DNA of 46,057 bases, the filler included, from Jimgerdemannia flammicorona (lineage: Eukaryota), in the NCBI GenBank assembly GCA_003990765.1. It is 2 parts of 2 records of this genome, joined end to end, with 100 filler letters (N's around TTAATTAATTAA, not from the genome) between each part and the next. Parts side by side here need not be neighbours in the genome. Positions count along the whole stretch, not along the records: positions 1 to 22,979 come from RBNJ01001174.1; 1 more part is not named here. The stretch is one strand, 5' to 3'. A program made the position numbers and the translations under genes. The notes under the pieces are model-generated. The model searched no databases. It saw only the letters and a program-made list of their open reading frames with translations, and had not been told where the DNA came from. Each line of letters opens with the position of its first letter. Position 1 is the first letter of the stretch. Shown piece by piece: positions 1-12,999 of the stretch.

Positions 1-455
1 TTCACAGTCATATTTAGTCTTAGTACATTTTTGCATCTTTTAGTTAGTCTTTTCTTATCTTTTCTTGAACATTCTACTATGTTCTGTCACCTTCTACTTG
101 CTTAGAAACCTTCTCTTGGTGTCCAGATACTACTAGAATATTCTTGTCTTTCCTTGGTGCCAAGCACCTTGTCTTAGCTAGTTTTGGAACCTTTTGGAAT
201 ATTGTAGAATAGTATTAGTCAGCTTTATCAAGAACCTACTTCTTGGCATTTCTCTTTCTTTCCAAGATCCTTCCAGATCTTTCTTTCAGATCATATATAA
301 ATATCCCTGTTCTCTGCCTGAATAAAGCTCAGAATATTTTCTCCCAGAAAACCTTCAAGAATACTTGAACCTTTAAGTATCTCTTTGAGCTACTTTAGGC
401 CAACTAGAACTTCCAGATTTAGCCACTTCCTCTTAAAGAAACTAGAACTGTTATA
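1..455 (+). repeat. 5' LTR of Gypsy-A (first 9 nt outside window)
   Basis: Colinear with 5650-6104; ends ctagaactgttata (TGTTACA in the copy at 19283); contains tatataaa and aataaa. Confidence 0.95.
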
Positions 456-457
456 CT

Positions 458-469
458 TGGTAGCAGCAG
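458..469 (+). promoter_or_regulatory. Primer-binding site, probably tRNA-iMet
   Basis: TGGTAGCAGCAG 2 nt after the LTR; TGGTAGC is complementary to the 3' end of eukaryotic initiator tRNA-Met. Confidence 0.7.
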
Positions 470-545
470 TGTCATTACACCTTGCCTAATTAAGAAATCT
501 CACATGAATTCAGAAACCAGTTACAACTAGTTACATGAATCCAAA

Positions 546-3500
546 ATGAGCTACAAAGAAACAGTCTATCAGTCAGACTCCTCTGCTACAGAAGAAGCAG
601 GAGGATCACAGCTCAATATAGAAGATATGATCAATGCCATGACCCACCAAATTCAAGAACTTTAAGTACAACTAGAACAGCAGAAAACACATACTATAGG
701 TACATCATATCTTGCTATAGCACTAGTCAGTTTTAAGTCACTCAAGCCAGATACCTTTGATGGCCATCGAGGAGGACTATCTATAGATGCATAGATCTTC
801 CAGTTGGATCAATACTTCAAGCTCACAAGAATGGAAGATAACATGTAAGTCCAATTTACCACCACACTCCTCCAAGGAAATATAGCCATCTGGTAGTACA
901 ATCATATTATGGTTACATCTGTACACTTATATACATGAATCAGAGATTGGGAAGCTTTCAAGAGAGCCCTTCACAAGCAGTTCAAGCCTGCTAATGCCAC
1001 CAAGCTAGCCAGGGACAAGCTAGCAAACATCAAGTAACTCAAGTCTATACAAAGCTATAATGTATAATTCTTGTCAATCCTACTTGAGCTACCAGTGATA
1101 TCTGAGAATGAAAAGATAGACTGCTATGTCTGAGGTCTGAAGGGAAATATACAAGTCAAGGTAGAGCTAGAAGAGCCCAAAACTCTTAACAAAGCCATGA
1201 GAATTGCTGACAGATTTGATATCATCACCTTTGGCAACTGCTTCGAACCAGAATGCTACATGAAGAATCACTTCGAGAACCACCACAGAAACCAACCAAG
1301 AATAGTTGGCCCAGTACTAATAGACTTAAACACTATGAACAAAAAGAACATCAAGCTCACTTCTGAAGAAAAGGACTGCCTGAAGAAATCTGGAGCCTGT
1401 TTTTTCTGTCACCAAACAGGACACATCACAACCAAATGTCCTAGAAAGACTAGTGAATCCTCAAGACCAGTCACCATATTGTCTAAGGATACACCCATCA
1501 ATCCCACCACCAGTCAACTTGAGCTCAAGGTCAAGAAGCTTTATCTGAAGGCCCAGGTTCCTCAATATCAAACAGAAGAAACCATTGGTCTTGACCTACA
1601 CTCAGTCAAACAAGTCACTTTTCCAGCCAAGAGCCATATTCTGGTACCTACTGAAATTGCAGTCCAATGCCCTGAAGGACATTATGCTAGAATTGCATCA
1701 TGATTAGGACTCAGTATCAAACATCATTTGGATATAGATACTAGTATCATTGATCCAGACTTTCAAAGACAAGTTCAAGTCTTGCTTGTCAACCAGAAGG
1801 ATCAAGACTACACAGTCAAAGAAGGAGACCAAGTCATGCAAATGATCCTGGAAAAAGCCAGCCAACTCAAGATTACAGAAGTCTAAGAACTTCTTGAAAC
1901 CAAATGAGATCAAAAGAGTTTTGGCAGCACTGATCAAGCAGCAAGTCTTAGTGAAAATCTAGCTCAAGCTATGCTCATTTTCAAAGGTCTAGTCAAAGGA
2001 AAAGAAGTTCAAGTACTCATAGACAGTGGAGCTGCAGGGAACTTTATCAACCAGAATCTTATCAAAAGTCTCAAGATCCTCACCAAGCCTGCATCCAAGA
2101 ACAATAGTATAGTTACTACAGACAGTACTCTGCACCCCATTGAGTCAATTGCCACCAAACTGCCCATCAAGATTCAGAAATATTGGGAACAAGTAGACTT
2201 TGAAGTTGCACCACTAGGAGATCATGACCTGATCTTAGGAAAACCCTGGCTTACAAAATACAATCTAGACATTGATTGGTGTAAGAATGAAGTTACCTTA
2301 CTTCAAGATGGAGCCAACATTATGATCAAAACAGACAAGACTATAAGCAAGACCCAGATTGCAATACTATCAGCTATACAATATAAGAAAGTACTCAAGA
2401 AGGCAATGCATGCCTTTGTTGTAATGATCTGCCCCAAGAAACAAGACAAGAGACTATCAGTCAATAAAAGTATCAAGCTATTGCTAGAGGAATTCAAGGA
2501 TGTCTTTTCAGACAAGCTACCTGGTCTACCACCTATATGAGAAGTTGATCATGAAATTGAACTGACCCCAGGAGCTGTACCACCCAAGAAATACATGTAC
2601 TGTATATCACCACTCGAAATTGAAGCAGTCAAGAAGGAACTAGAAGAACTACTTGTATAAGGAGCCATCCAGCCAAGCAAATCTCCTTATGGCTCACCAG
2701 TCTTATTCATCAAGAAGAAGGATGGTACCCTGTGAATGTGTATAGACTATTGTATACTCAATAAACTCACCATCAAGAACTACTATCTATTACCCTTGAT
2801 TGATCAAATCTTTGATGCCCTCAAGAATACCAAGTACTTCACCAAGTTAGACCTCATGTCAGGATACCACCAGATCCAAATCAAGCCAGAAGACATTTCC
2901 AAAACTGTATTCATGACCCCCTTTGAACTCTATGAATTCCTGGTCTTAGTATTTGGTCTCACCAATATACCTGCCATATTTTAGACTCTGATGAACAAGA
3001 TATTCAAAGACTAACTATTTATTTTCCTGTTGGTATATCTTGATGACATCCTGATCTTTAGTGCAACTAAAGAAGAACACCTCAAACACATTTGAATAGT
3101 CCTAGAGATCCTGTGAAAATACAAGCTTTACACCAAGCTCAAGAAGTGTGAATTCTTCAAAGAACAAGTCAAATACCTTGGCTATATTGTCTCTATATAA
3201 GGAATTCAAGTAGACCCACACAAGATAGAAGCAATTGAAGAATAGCCCATTTCATCAAATCTTACAGAACTCTGATCTTTCCTTGGTCTAGCTGGCTATT
3301 ACCATCACTTTGTCAGAAACTTCTCTAGCATTACTGAGCTACTGACTAACCTCAAGAGGAAGGCCCTGCACTCAGACCACTATGTACCTTACACCTAGGA
3401 CCTCTTCTGTCAATAAGCCTTTCAAGAACTCAAGAACTATCTGACCTATGCTCCAGTCCTGCATAATGCAGATTAAGGCCTAAAATTCATGGTCACTACT

Positions 3501-5330
3501 GATGTGTCGAATTTTGCCATTGGAGCAGTTCTGTTACAAGATGATGGCAAAGAACATCACTCTATTGCTTTTGAGTCCTGCAAGCTGGCCCCAGCTGAAC
3601 AAAAGCTAGCTACTTACAAGAATGAACTACTAGCAATAATACATGTACTAGACCACTGGTGATGCTATCTAGAATGTATTGAGTTTGATGTCATTACTGA
3701 TCATCAATCTCTCAAGTACATCAACACCCAACCCACTCTATCATATCTACAAGTCAAGTGGAGCCTCAAGCTTCAAACCTTCAACCTGATGATCATCTAT
3801 AAGCCTGGCAAGACACTTGTAGACCAGATGCCTTATCAAGATGTCCAGACCTTGCCACAATTATATAAGTTACCTTGGCATCAGAATTCCTAGACCAAAT
3901 CAGGCAAGCTTATAAAGAAGATACAGTTGCCACTAGAGTTTTCTTGAATGAACTCAAGGATATATATACTGTTAAGAACAATCTGATCTATCATCAAGAT
4001 CAAGTCTATCTACCTGAAAACATGAACCTGTGCTACAAGGTTTTGCAAGAACACCATGACTCCCCTCTTGCCAGTTACCTGGAAATTGAGAAGACTATCA
4101 AGAACATCCAATGCCACTACTATTGGCCAAATATGGTCAAGGAAATCAAGAACTATGTTGCTAGCTATGATCTATATCAGTGTAATAAGTCTATCAACTA
4201 AGTGCCTACTGGTTTGTTACAACTACTGCCAATTCCTACTAAGAAGTTTGAGTAAGTCACTATGGACTTTGTAACTCAACTACTACAAACTCAATCTGGT
4301 GCTGATGCTATCATCATATTTGTTGACCACCTGACCAAGACTATGGTTGCTGAACCAACCACTACCAATACTACTGCATCTGAGATTGCAAGAATCTTCT
4401 TCAAATCCATCTTCCATCACTATGGTCTACCATGAGTAATTGTTAGCAATCATGACCCCAAGTTCACCAGCCACTTCTGGCAAATCCTCTTCAAGACTCT
4501 GGGAATCCAACTGGCTATGTCTACTGCCTTTCACCTACAAACTGATAGACAAACTGCATGTATGAACAGAACTCTAGAACAAATACTTAGAAACTATGTT
4601 TCTTATGAGTAAGATGATTGGGACATCTATCTGATATATGTGGAAGTTTGTATACAACAATGTTGTCCAATCATCTACTGGTCTTTTCCCTTTCTGGTTA
4701 CTCTATGGTCAAGATCTCAAGACTCCTGCAAGTCTATTTCCTTTTAAGAAAACCAGTCAAATACAAGTCCCAACTGCCAATAACCTTATAGACAAAATAG
4801 ATGAACTACTTAAGATTGCTACCATGAATCTTCAGAAGGCTCAATAGCATCAAGCCAAGTATGCTGACAAGAAATGCTGTGATGTCACTTATACTATTGG
4901 AGATCAAGTCCTACTGTCTACTGAGAACCTCAAGATACAATCTCAAGTTAACTGCCCTTTGAACAAGTTCCAACTCAAGTATATTAGACCTTTTGAGATC
5001 ACTGAACAGGTCTCTGCATCCTCCTATCACCTCAAGCTACCTGAAACCATGAGAGTATACCCAGTCTTTCATATGTAACACCTCAAGACCTAAAACCAGT
5101 CACCACCCTACCCTGGTCAAATTCCTAAGTCTTCTACCCCTGTGATTATTGAAGATTATATTAAGTATAAAGCTGAGAAAATCCTTGATGAATGAATCTA
5201 CTACTGCCATCCTGAATACCTAGTCAAGTGGATGGGTTATCCTGAATATAATGCTACCTGGGAACCACTGGTCAACCTTAAGAATGCTCAAGATCTAGTT
5301 CAAGACTTCGAGACAAAACACATTGCCTAA
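546..5330 (+). pseudogene. gag-pol polyprotein of Gypsy-A with many premature stops
   Basis: Zn knuckle CFFCHQTGHITTKC, protease LIDSGA, RT KLDLMSGYHQ and YLDD (~3035), RNase H TTDVSNFAIGAVL, integrase EHHDSP..CDLYQC and MDF, chromodomain EYLVKWMGY. Gag through RT fragments (546, 1197, 1971, 2736) share one frame. Confidence 0.93.
1516..1935 (+). pseudogene. dUTPase domain between gag and protease
   Basis: All five trimeric dUTPase motifs in frame: IGLDL, RIAS*LGL, IIDPDFQ, GDQVMQ, K*DQKSFGST. Confidence 0.9.
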
Positions 5331-5627
5331 TCCCTGTAGTGACTTCCTTGGATTGTCGATGACCTATAGCAATGACCAGTGCCTTATGCATCAGAAGTTT
5401 ACTTTGGGACCCCAGAACTAGCAGAACATTTAATGAACAAGAAGTCCACCAAAATGAAACTACTAGCTGAGTTTGAACCCCTCCCAGTTGATTAGTCTGG
5501 TAATAGGCCCTCTGCCCTATATGAGGATAGCCAATCTCTGTCAATGTGCTAATTCAAGTTTGAGAAATTTTGGTTAAGTATATCTAGTCTTATATTACTT
5601 AAGAACTCAATGAGGATGTTGATTCTT

Positions 5628-5640
5628 AAGGAGGGAGGAA
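5628..5640 (+). promoter_or_regulatory. Polypurine tract of Gypsy-A
   Basis: AAGGAGGGAGGAA immediately before the 3' LTR. Confidence 0.9.
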
Positions 5641-6104
5641 TATAACAATTTCACAGTTATATTTAGTCTTAGTATATTTTTGTATCTTTTAGTTAGTCTT
5701 TTCTTGTCTTTTCTTGAACATTCTACTATGTTCTATCACCTTCTACTTACTTATAAACCTTCTCTTGGTGCCCAGACACTACTAGAACATTCTTATCTTT
5801 CTTTGGCACCAAGTATCTTATCTTAGCTAGTCATGGAACCTTTTGGAACATTGTAGAATAGTATTAGTCAGCTTTGCCAAGAACCCACTTCTTGGCATTT
5901 CTCTTTCTTTCCAAGATCCTTCTAGATCTTTCTTTCAGATCATATATAAATATCCCTATTCTCTGCCTGAATAAAGCTCAGAATATTTTCTCCCAGAAAT
6001 TCTTCAAGAATACTTGAACCTTTAAGTATCTCTTTAAGCTACTTTATGCCAACTAAAACTTCCAGATTTAGCCACTTCCTCTTAAAGAAACTAGAACTGT
6101 TATA
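5641..6104 (+). repeat. 3' LTR of Gypsy-A (464 bp)
   Basis: TATAACA...TGTTATA (decayed TGTAACA...TGTTACA); repeat of 1-455. Confidence 0.95.
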
Positions 6105-8598
6105 ATTTTTCTGAAATACTACCATCTCTCCTGCTACCTCAATTCTCCTCCCCCCACTCTTTCTACAAATTGTCTCTACTAGTTACTACTAATACCTTCA
6201 ACCAGCATCTTACCCCCTCTACCACCCATTCAATAAGTCTAACATAAGCCACTTCTATCTAGCAACTCTCACTCCCAGTGTTAGCTATTGACCTTCCTCA
6301 AATACATACAACCAATATTCAGTAAGCCTGATCCAAATAGCCAGCACCTATCCCAACATCAGCTACTTATTCCCCAATCCTCCCACCAGCCTCCTCCAGA
6401 GATCACTCTACCTCCCTCCCACCACCAGCTCAGATGGGTGTACTCTCAGCTACTTCTCAATTATACTTCAAAAGTCTCCCATTACCTTATACTCCCCTAG
6501 CCAATGTTCAGATATCTGTACTACTTCTCCCTCCTGCCTACATTTAGGCACTCCTCACACTTCCAGATATCTCCTTCCACCAAATGACCTGACCAGTAGT
6601 TCAACATTATATTGTGCTATAGAAGTCTCCATCATACTACCCAGAACTTGGAGAGAATCTATCTCACTTTCTGCTTTCTCTACAACCAAATACTATTCCA
6701 ATCTCACTCTTCTCCAATCTCTACCCCCTGCCACACCTCAGGCCACAGATCTGTCCTATGCTCCTACAGATACTCCATATTATCCTTTAAGTAGAAGTTC
6801 TCTACTGGTGCCCTACCTAATAGAAGGTGGTCCCATCTTTATATCTAGGGTCCTCAATTCTCCTCCCCCTTATTACCCCACTATCAGAGACCAATATAGT
6901 GAGCCCCATCAACCACCTCCCATCAGAATTCTTGAAAGCACATCCTCTGACTCTCCTTCAAAGCTACCAGAGATAGTAGGTTCCCAGTCATACCACAGGG
7001 GGAGAGCCAGACCTCCCATACCCTCTGTATGAGAGGAACCCACTCTCTGCCTCTCAACTTACTAGCTCACTTCAGCCACCATACTTATAAGTAATGAAGG
7101 TGCTTAGAACAATCCATCAGACCCAGTCCTCCCTAGTCTATTGGTAAGGTCAACACTTCTCAGCAAATCTGACTCTATTACTCTGTCTATATCTAGGTCC
7201 TGGCTATCTTTAACAATCTCTTAATTACCTATACTAGAAAGTCTAAGTAATATCTCAGATACTACAGCTTAGGCAACCAGTATATATTCAGCACTGTTAT
7301 CCTCTCTACCAGAGATATATAATGACCACCCTACTCTAAGAAAGTACTTCCCCACTCTGCCAACCACTGCTCCCACTATCTGTGAGATAACAAGGAGCTA
7401 TATACTGAGAAGTAGATCTCTAGATAATGAACAGCCTTTTCTATAGAGACAATTGTTCTAATTATGTCTCTACCTACTATCTCTCCTCCCAACATCAAAG
7501 TCTCACAGTTATACCAGTTGAGCTTATCACCTAAGTACTCCTCATACTATTCTACTATATCTCTCAGTACCACTACATCCTCTGCTGACCCTAACCTGAC
7601 TACTATATCATTGGTGAAGACCCCTACCTTCCAATTAACCCTCAGAATGTTCAACCCCCCCACCTTTTACTGAATTCTATCCAAAAGAGGCTCAGAGATA
7701 GTGCATACAGAATCAGCAATAGTGGATCCCTCTGCAGTACTCTCCTACCTAGAGGGAACAAAATCCCTCTATAGCCATTCACTATAATTGCTGCCTGACT
7801 TCCTTTCAGCAGACTTACCAAGGCCTGCTGGATCTCTGGGAGAATTCTTATATACTTCAGCATCCCTTCCAACCACACTCACCAGACTCTGTCATAGGCC
7901 TTCTTCTGGTCCAGAAAAACCAGTCATCTATCTACCCCAATGATATGAGCCCTTTCAATGACATCATGCACCCAGGCTGTCCTATCTCTGATCAGATACC
8001 CCTCTACAAATCCTCTCTGCTCAGCCTCCAGTACTTGCTGAGCTACTCCTTATAGCCTAGCTACTAGTATCTTTATAACTAGCTTATGATCCATATCCAG
8101 AAGCATAATCAGTCTCCAGTTTTTCCACTTCTCTCTCCTCTCCTTATTCTTAAACAGCAGAGCCACAAGACCCAAGTACTATCCTCCAATCTACTCTCTT
8201 GAGCTAATGACCTCCTCATACATCTCTATTATCTCTTCTAGAATTAACTTGACTCCTGCTATCTTCTTTCAAAAATCCCATAGTAAGCTATCTTCTCCCA
8301 ATACTGTCTCTAAGCTTGTCATTGTCAGTACCTGCTGAATCTTCTCCCCTCAGACAGAAGTGACAAGGTCACCTAAGCCCTCCACTGGATCAGAGTGTCA
8401 GTCTTCCAGATATCTTTCAATGTCCAGCATCCCTACCCCTCTTTCTCCTCACTCTATAATTGCCCCCACTGTTTGCTCAATTGGTCCAAAATCTCCAGTA
8501 TCCCAACAATCAACTCCTCTGTCTCATCTAATACCCCCTCCCATCTCTACCATACTCTTCTCACTTGCAGAAGTTGAGACAAAAACTTTGTATGGCTC

Positions 8599-9550
8599 TT
8601 TTTTTTTTTTTTTTTTTATAGTCACTTGGACTTATCCTTTATTACACCCATCTATCCTATAAAAATACAATAAACCCACCCCCTATCCAATCTCCCTAGG
8701 GGGGCCCCTCCCCCCTACCCCTTCTCGATGAAATACCACTCTATTGAATACAATTTCCACCCTCCCACCACTCTGTTCGCATATCCTTGCCACCAAACTG
8801 TATTGTTGCCCCCCTGAGGGACCCCAACCTATCCACCATCCAGTCAACAGGTCCCCCAACAGCTCCTCCCACCTTACAACCTTCTCCTGCAGGCTCATCT
8901 GCTGCCCCTCCTCAAACACAAATAGCCAATGTCTTGCCAGACCCACCCAAACTACTAACACCCACCCAACAGTGAGCCAACTATCACCCACCCCCCTCAC
9001 CAGCCAAGATCTCAAGTCCTCCCAGTGATTCCCTTTACCCACTGGCCTGTGCTCCACCCCTAGTCTATTTCCTATCTCAACCCAAAAGTCCCCCAAAACC
9101 TCACACTCTCCTAGCCAATGTTTTGGCATCTGCACCAAACCCCCAACTTGCCCTACATTGTAACACTCCTCACAATCAAAACAGCCATCATCCACCAGAT
9201 GCCCAGTGCGGAAATTCAGCATGACATTCCTCTGCAGCATTCGCCACCACACCACCCAGAACTTGGGGGGAAGCCACTGCCACACCTCAGCACTCTAAGA
9301 CCAGATACCAGCCCAGTCCCACTCCTTGCCAATCCTGACTATCTGCCAACCACTCGGCCAAAGGTCTTGGCCAAGACCCTGCTGATACTCCACTCCATCC
9401 CCAATATCAAAAGTAACAAGTGGAGCACCCCCCAAAAGCAGTCTATCCCATTGCCACATATGAGGACCCCACAACCCCTCTCCCTCATTGCCAACTTTAT
9501 AGGCCTCTCTCCTCCTCCAATCCCTGCCACCTCAGCTAAGCCACCATATT
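8599..9550 (-). mobile_element. 5'-truncated L1-like LINE with poly(A) tail, nested in the older LINE
   Basis: T-run 8599-8617 followed by a short 3' UTR; ORF 8683-9285 (PKFWVVWWRMLQRN..CFDCEEC..HWLGEC) is a diverged paralogue of 6105-6830; 5' junction approximate. Confidence 0.78.
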
Positions 9551-10625
9551 CTTACCTGTAGGTCTTCCTCCTGCCTCAGCAAATCCTTCAACTCCTCCAC
9601 CTCCAACCTAATCTGCTGGATCCTCCAATCTCTCTCCTCATCATTATTCAACAGATTTATCTATAATACTAACAATCTCACCAATCTCTGAGAGGTCTAC
9701 CTCACTTACCTCTTCCTCTGAGTACTACATATTCTTCCTGCCTCCCCCCAGTACTATTGCACATCTGATTTCAATCTCCTCTAGCAATCTCCAATTACTA
9801 GCCCCTTTACTCTCCAGCTAAGTATCTTGGAGCTAATGTCTATCACTCATATATTCTATAAAGAGGCCTCTCCTAGTAATGAGGTATTTAGGCACTAATG
9901 TCCAGACTCCTTTTTACTTCTTCCAAAATACCCCCCTTCTAAAAGACCCCAGTGATCTGACTATAGATACCAAATAGTTTCTAAAGTTCTCTAGATATCA
10001 ACTCTCCAGTATTCAGTAGTCAACATTCAGTTGATTCTTGAGCCCAACTCCACCACCCAGTAAGTATAGACCCTATGATCCCCCAATAGTATCTACTAAT
10101 GAACTCAGATATTTGACTTCCTTCCAGGCTTCCATACTATCACTCTTACCAGTTATTCTCCTTTCCTCATCAGTTTTGTCTATCTTCTTATTATATATTA
10201 TGTTAAAGTCTCCACCTAGACAGTCAATTCCCACCTCTACTAATGCTCTAAACTCTTGTAGCCCTTGAATCCATTCTACTCTCTCTCCTCTTTCTGCTGG
10301 ACAATAACATAACCCAATAGTCAAGAGTCTCTAGCCTAGTCTCTTTCAAACTCCCCATACTATTCTGCTCCTACAATGTCCAATATCCTCAATATCTCTC
10401 TTACTCTTTCCAACCAGAATACTTATATGTCTATATCATATAGCTACACTACCCCATTTCTTCATCTAGTACAGAATATCTAAGTCTCTATTATATCTAA
10501 CATTTTGTAGTAAGAACAAATCTGTATCTAGCTCCTTCAGCTAGCAGAAGATATTTCTACATCTCACTACTCCTTATAGCTCATCGATATTCAAAGAGAA
10601 GATTTTAGTTATACTGTTCATATTG

Positions 10626-10659
<34 letters not shown>

Positions 10660-10784
10660 CTTTTTTTTGAAGAATAGCTGCCCACTCTATAATTCCTTAC
10701 TCACCACATCACTAGTAACATTCAGGTTCCTTTCTGTCTCAAGCTTATCTGCCTCTTCCTGCTAAGCCTCTAATGTCTCCAAGA

Positions 10785-11208
10785 TAGTGCTCCCAATGAA
10801 TCGAATCAAATCGAATTTGGCCCAAACTCGATTCAATTCAATCGAATCAAGGGTCCAATTTGATTTGATTCGAATTGAATCAAAGGTCCAATTCAATTCG
10901 AAGTTTGATTCGAACCTTAATTTTCAAAATGTAATAACTCAACAAAATCTCATCCAAATTTAAAATATTTTAGCTTGATAGATTCACCGTATTAATATGA
11001 TTCTAACAAGCTAAATTATGTTAGATTTGGATGAGTTTACGCTGAGTTATTGCATTTTGAAAATTAGGGTTTGAATCAGACCCTCAATTCGATTTGACTT
11101 TTGATTCGATTTGAATTGATTCGAATTGAAAAATCCCCAATTCGATTCGACTCATTTAACCCTCAATTTGATTCGATTCGAATTGATTCGACTCATTTGA
11201 GAGCACTA
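10785..11208. mobile_element. hAT-type MITE (424 bp)
   Basis: TIRs TAGTGCTCCCAA / TTTGAGAGCACTA; 8-bp TSD CTCCAAGA / CTCTAAGA; subterminal TCGAAT/ATTCG arrays. Confidence 0.92.
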
Positions 11209-12999
11209 CTCTAAGATCTCCTAATAATCTACACCATCCATGGCTTCTATATCTATCTGGTACTTCTCACATACTATCTGCCACTTTATCAGCCCCTTTC
11301 TTGGGCCCTACAGATATATAGCCCAGTCATTCACAATTATCAGAAGTACTGCCTCCCTTTCATCATCTACTTGATATACCTCAGCTTTTAGCAAAGCCAC
11401 CATTATCTCATCTCAGAGTTTCTGTAGTACCTCCTCACCTTATAGGATTTCTCTCTAGTACCTCTCACTAAGTATTTGAAAGTTCTCCCCCTCCCAGCTC
11501 CTTAGCTGTCATATTTACCAATATTTTCTACAGCCATTTCTCCTCATCAACAGTCTCCTTTACTCTCTGGGCCATCTCACCTCCTTCCCCCCTTCTACCT
11601 GCCCTCTCTCTCCATTTATCATTGATGACTCATTCCATTCTTTCTCTAGTATATTCTGCAGTTTATCATCCCCTCCAGCCTCTGCTGGCATCTCATACTG
11701 AGGGTGCTCCTTCTCAACCATCTCTTTATCTTCCACTACTGTACTCTGTTCTGAGCCTCTGCTCTCTCCTGGAGTCTCCTCTGGTGTTGCTCCCTTCTCT
11801 CCTATCTAGACACTTGCCTGTAACCCAACACCTGCAGCAACAGTCTCTCCTCTGCCCCCTCTCTCAACTTTGCCAACAGATCCTTCTGAATATGTCTCCT
11901 CTATACTCTCTCTCAGGCTGTCTGATCCAGCCACACCTTCTTGCTATTCATGATCTCCACTACTATCTTGGCTTCAAACTCTTTCTAGATCAATCTCCTC
12001 CTCTCAATAGCCTCAGCCAGATCCTCTAATGCCTTTAGCAAGTTCTCTTCTTCCTCCAGTGTCCCTTTCACTCTTGAGACCTTGCACTCTATAGGTCTTC
12101 ATTTGAGAACTGCTGACTAGTTCCTTGCTTTCTCCATATTCTTCTTATCTACCAGTTGTACTCTGACATCCACATCTCTTGTCCTGAACTCTGTGCCTTC
12201 TTAGATCTGAAATCCAATATTCATAATATTCCTATACTCCTTAATGGCCTCTATAATCAACCTCTTGGCCATCTTTTTCAACACTATAGGTACATTTACC
12301 ACTGTCAACTACTCCACTCAGGGGTCTCAGTGTAAGTACCAAGCTATAGAAATTATCACCCCTCTCACTATCACTCTTTTCTCCATCACTCCCAGCAGCA
12401 CATTTTCTATCTTAAAGTCCATCTCCACTCCTTCCAACCCCTTCAAAAATTTCACCAAGGCTGTCTCTTTTACCTTCTAGGCCAGAAGCCTCAGAATCAT
12501 CCTCACTATTACTACTAAGTCTCAGAAATACAATTTGATAGCAAATTCTGACCTTGATTTTTTGAGTAACAGTGCTACCACTAGATCTGTTATAGTACTA
12601 TCTATTAGGTCCCCAGACCTCATGCCCACCCTCTGTTCAGATCTACCATCAACTGTCATATCTGGATTTTTTTCAGATTGGCAGTTCTCTTGCTATCAGT
12701 AGTCCTGCTCCCCCCAGCCACTACTCCCCCAGCCCTACTGCTCTCATTGCTATGGGCTGCTCTACTAGGCCCTATAGCCCTCACTATCTTCTTGCTCTTC
12801 TTCAGCCAACTCCCCAATCTAGTTGATGGATGTCCTACTTTTATCTTATCAGTAAAGCTCATCCTCTCAGGTCCCTACCTATCAACTCTGCTCCATTTTT
12901 TCCACCTTCTCTTCTATCTGCAAGAGAGCTCAGCAAACTCTCTCCCAAGTTATGACTCCTCCCCATATATTGCTAGTTGAATGTACTAGAGCTACTCTG

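Larger units (their letters stand above)
1..6104 (+). mobile_element. Ty3/Gypsy chromovirus LTR retrotransposon, near full length, decayed (Gypsy-A)
   Basis: Direct repeats 1-455 and 5641-6104, PBS, PPT, and the order gag-dUTPase-PR-RT-RH-IN-chromodomain. Confidence 0.96.
6105..12980 (-). mobile_element. L1/Tx1-like non-LTR retrotransposon, decayed (ORF1 ~12980-10670, ORF2 10621-6105); 5' boundary approximate
   Basis: ORF2 starts MNSITKIFSLNI; APE endonuclease motif CLGGDFN (~10210); RT motifs DQKKAYDRV (~7900) and IVNG..RRVLQRDPLL; C-terminal Cys/His region; interrupted by a second LINE and a MITE. Confidence 0.85.

Noticed and set aside
5278..5544. Antisense 88-aa ORF in the Gypsy-A 3' UTR
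   Set aside because: Short, non-ATG start, no motif, and no evidence of conservation in the second copy
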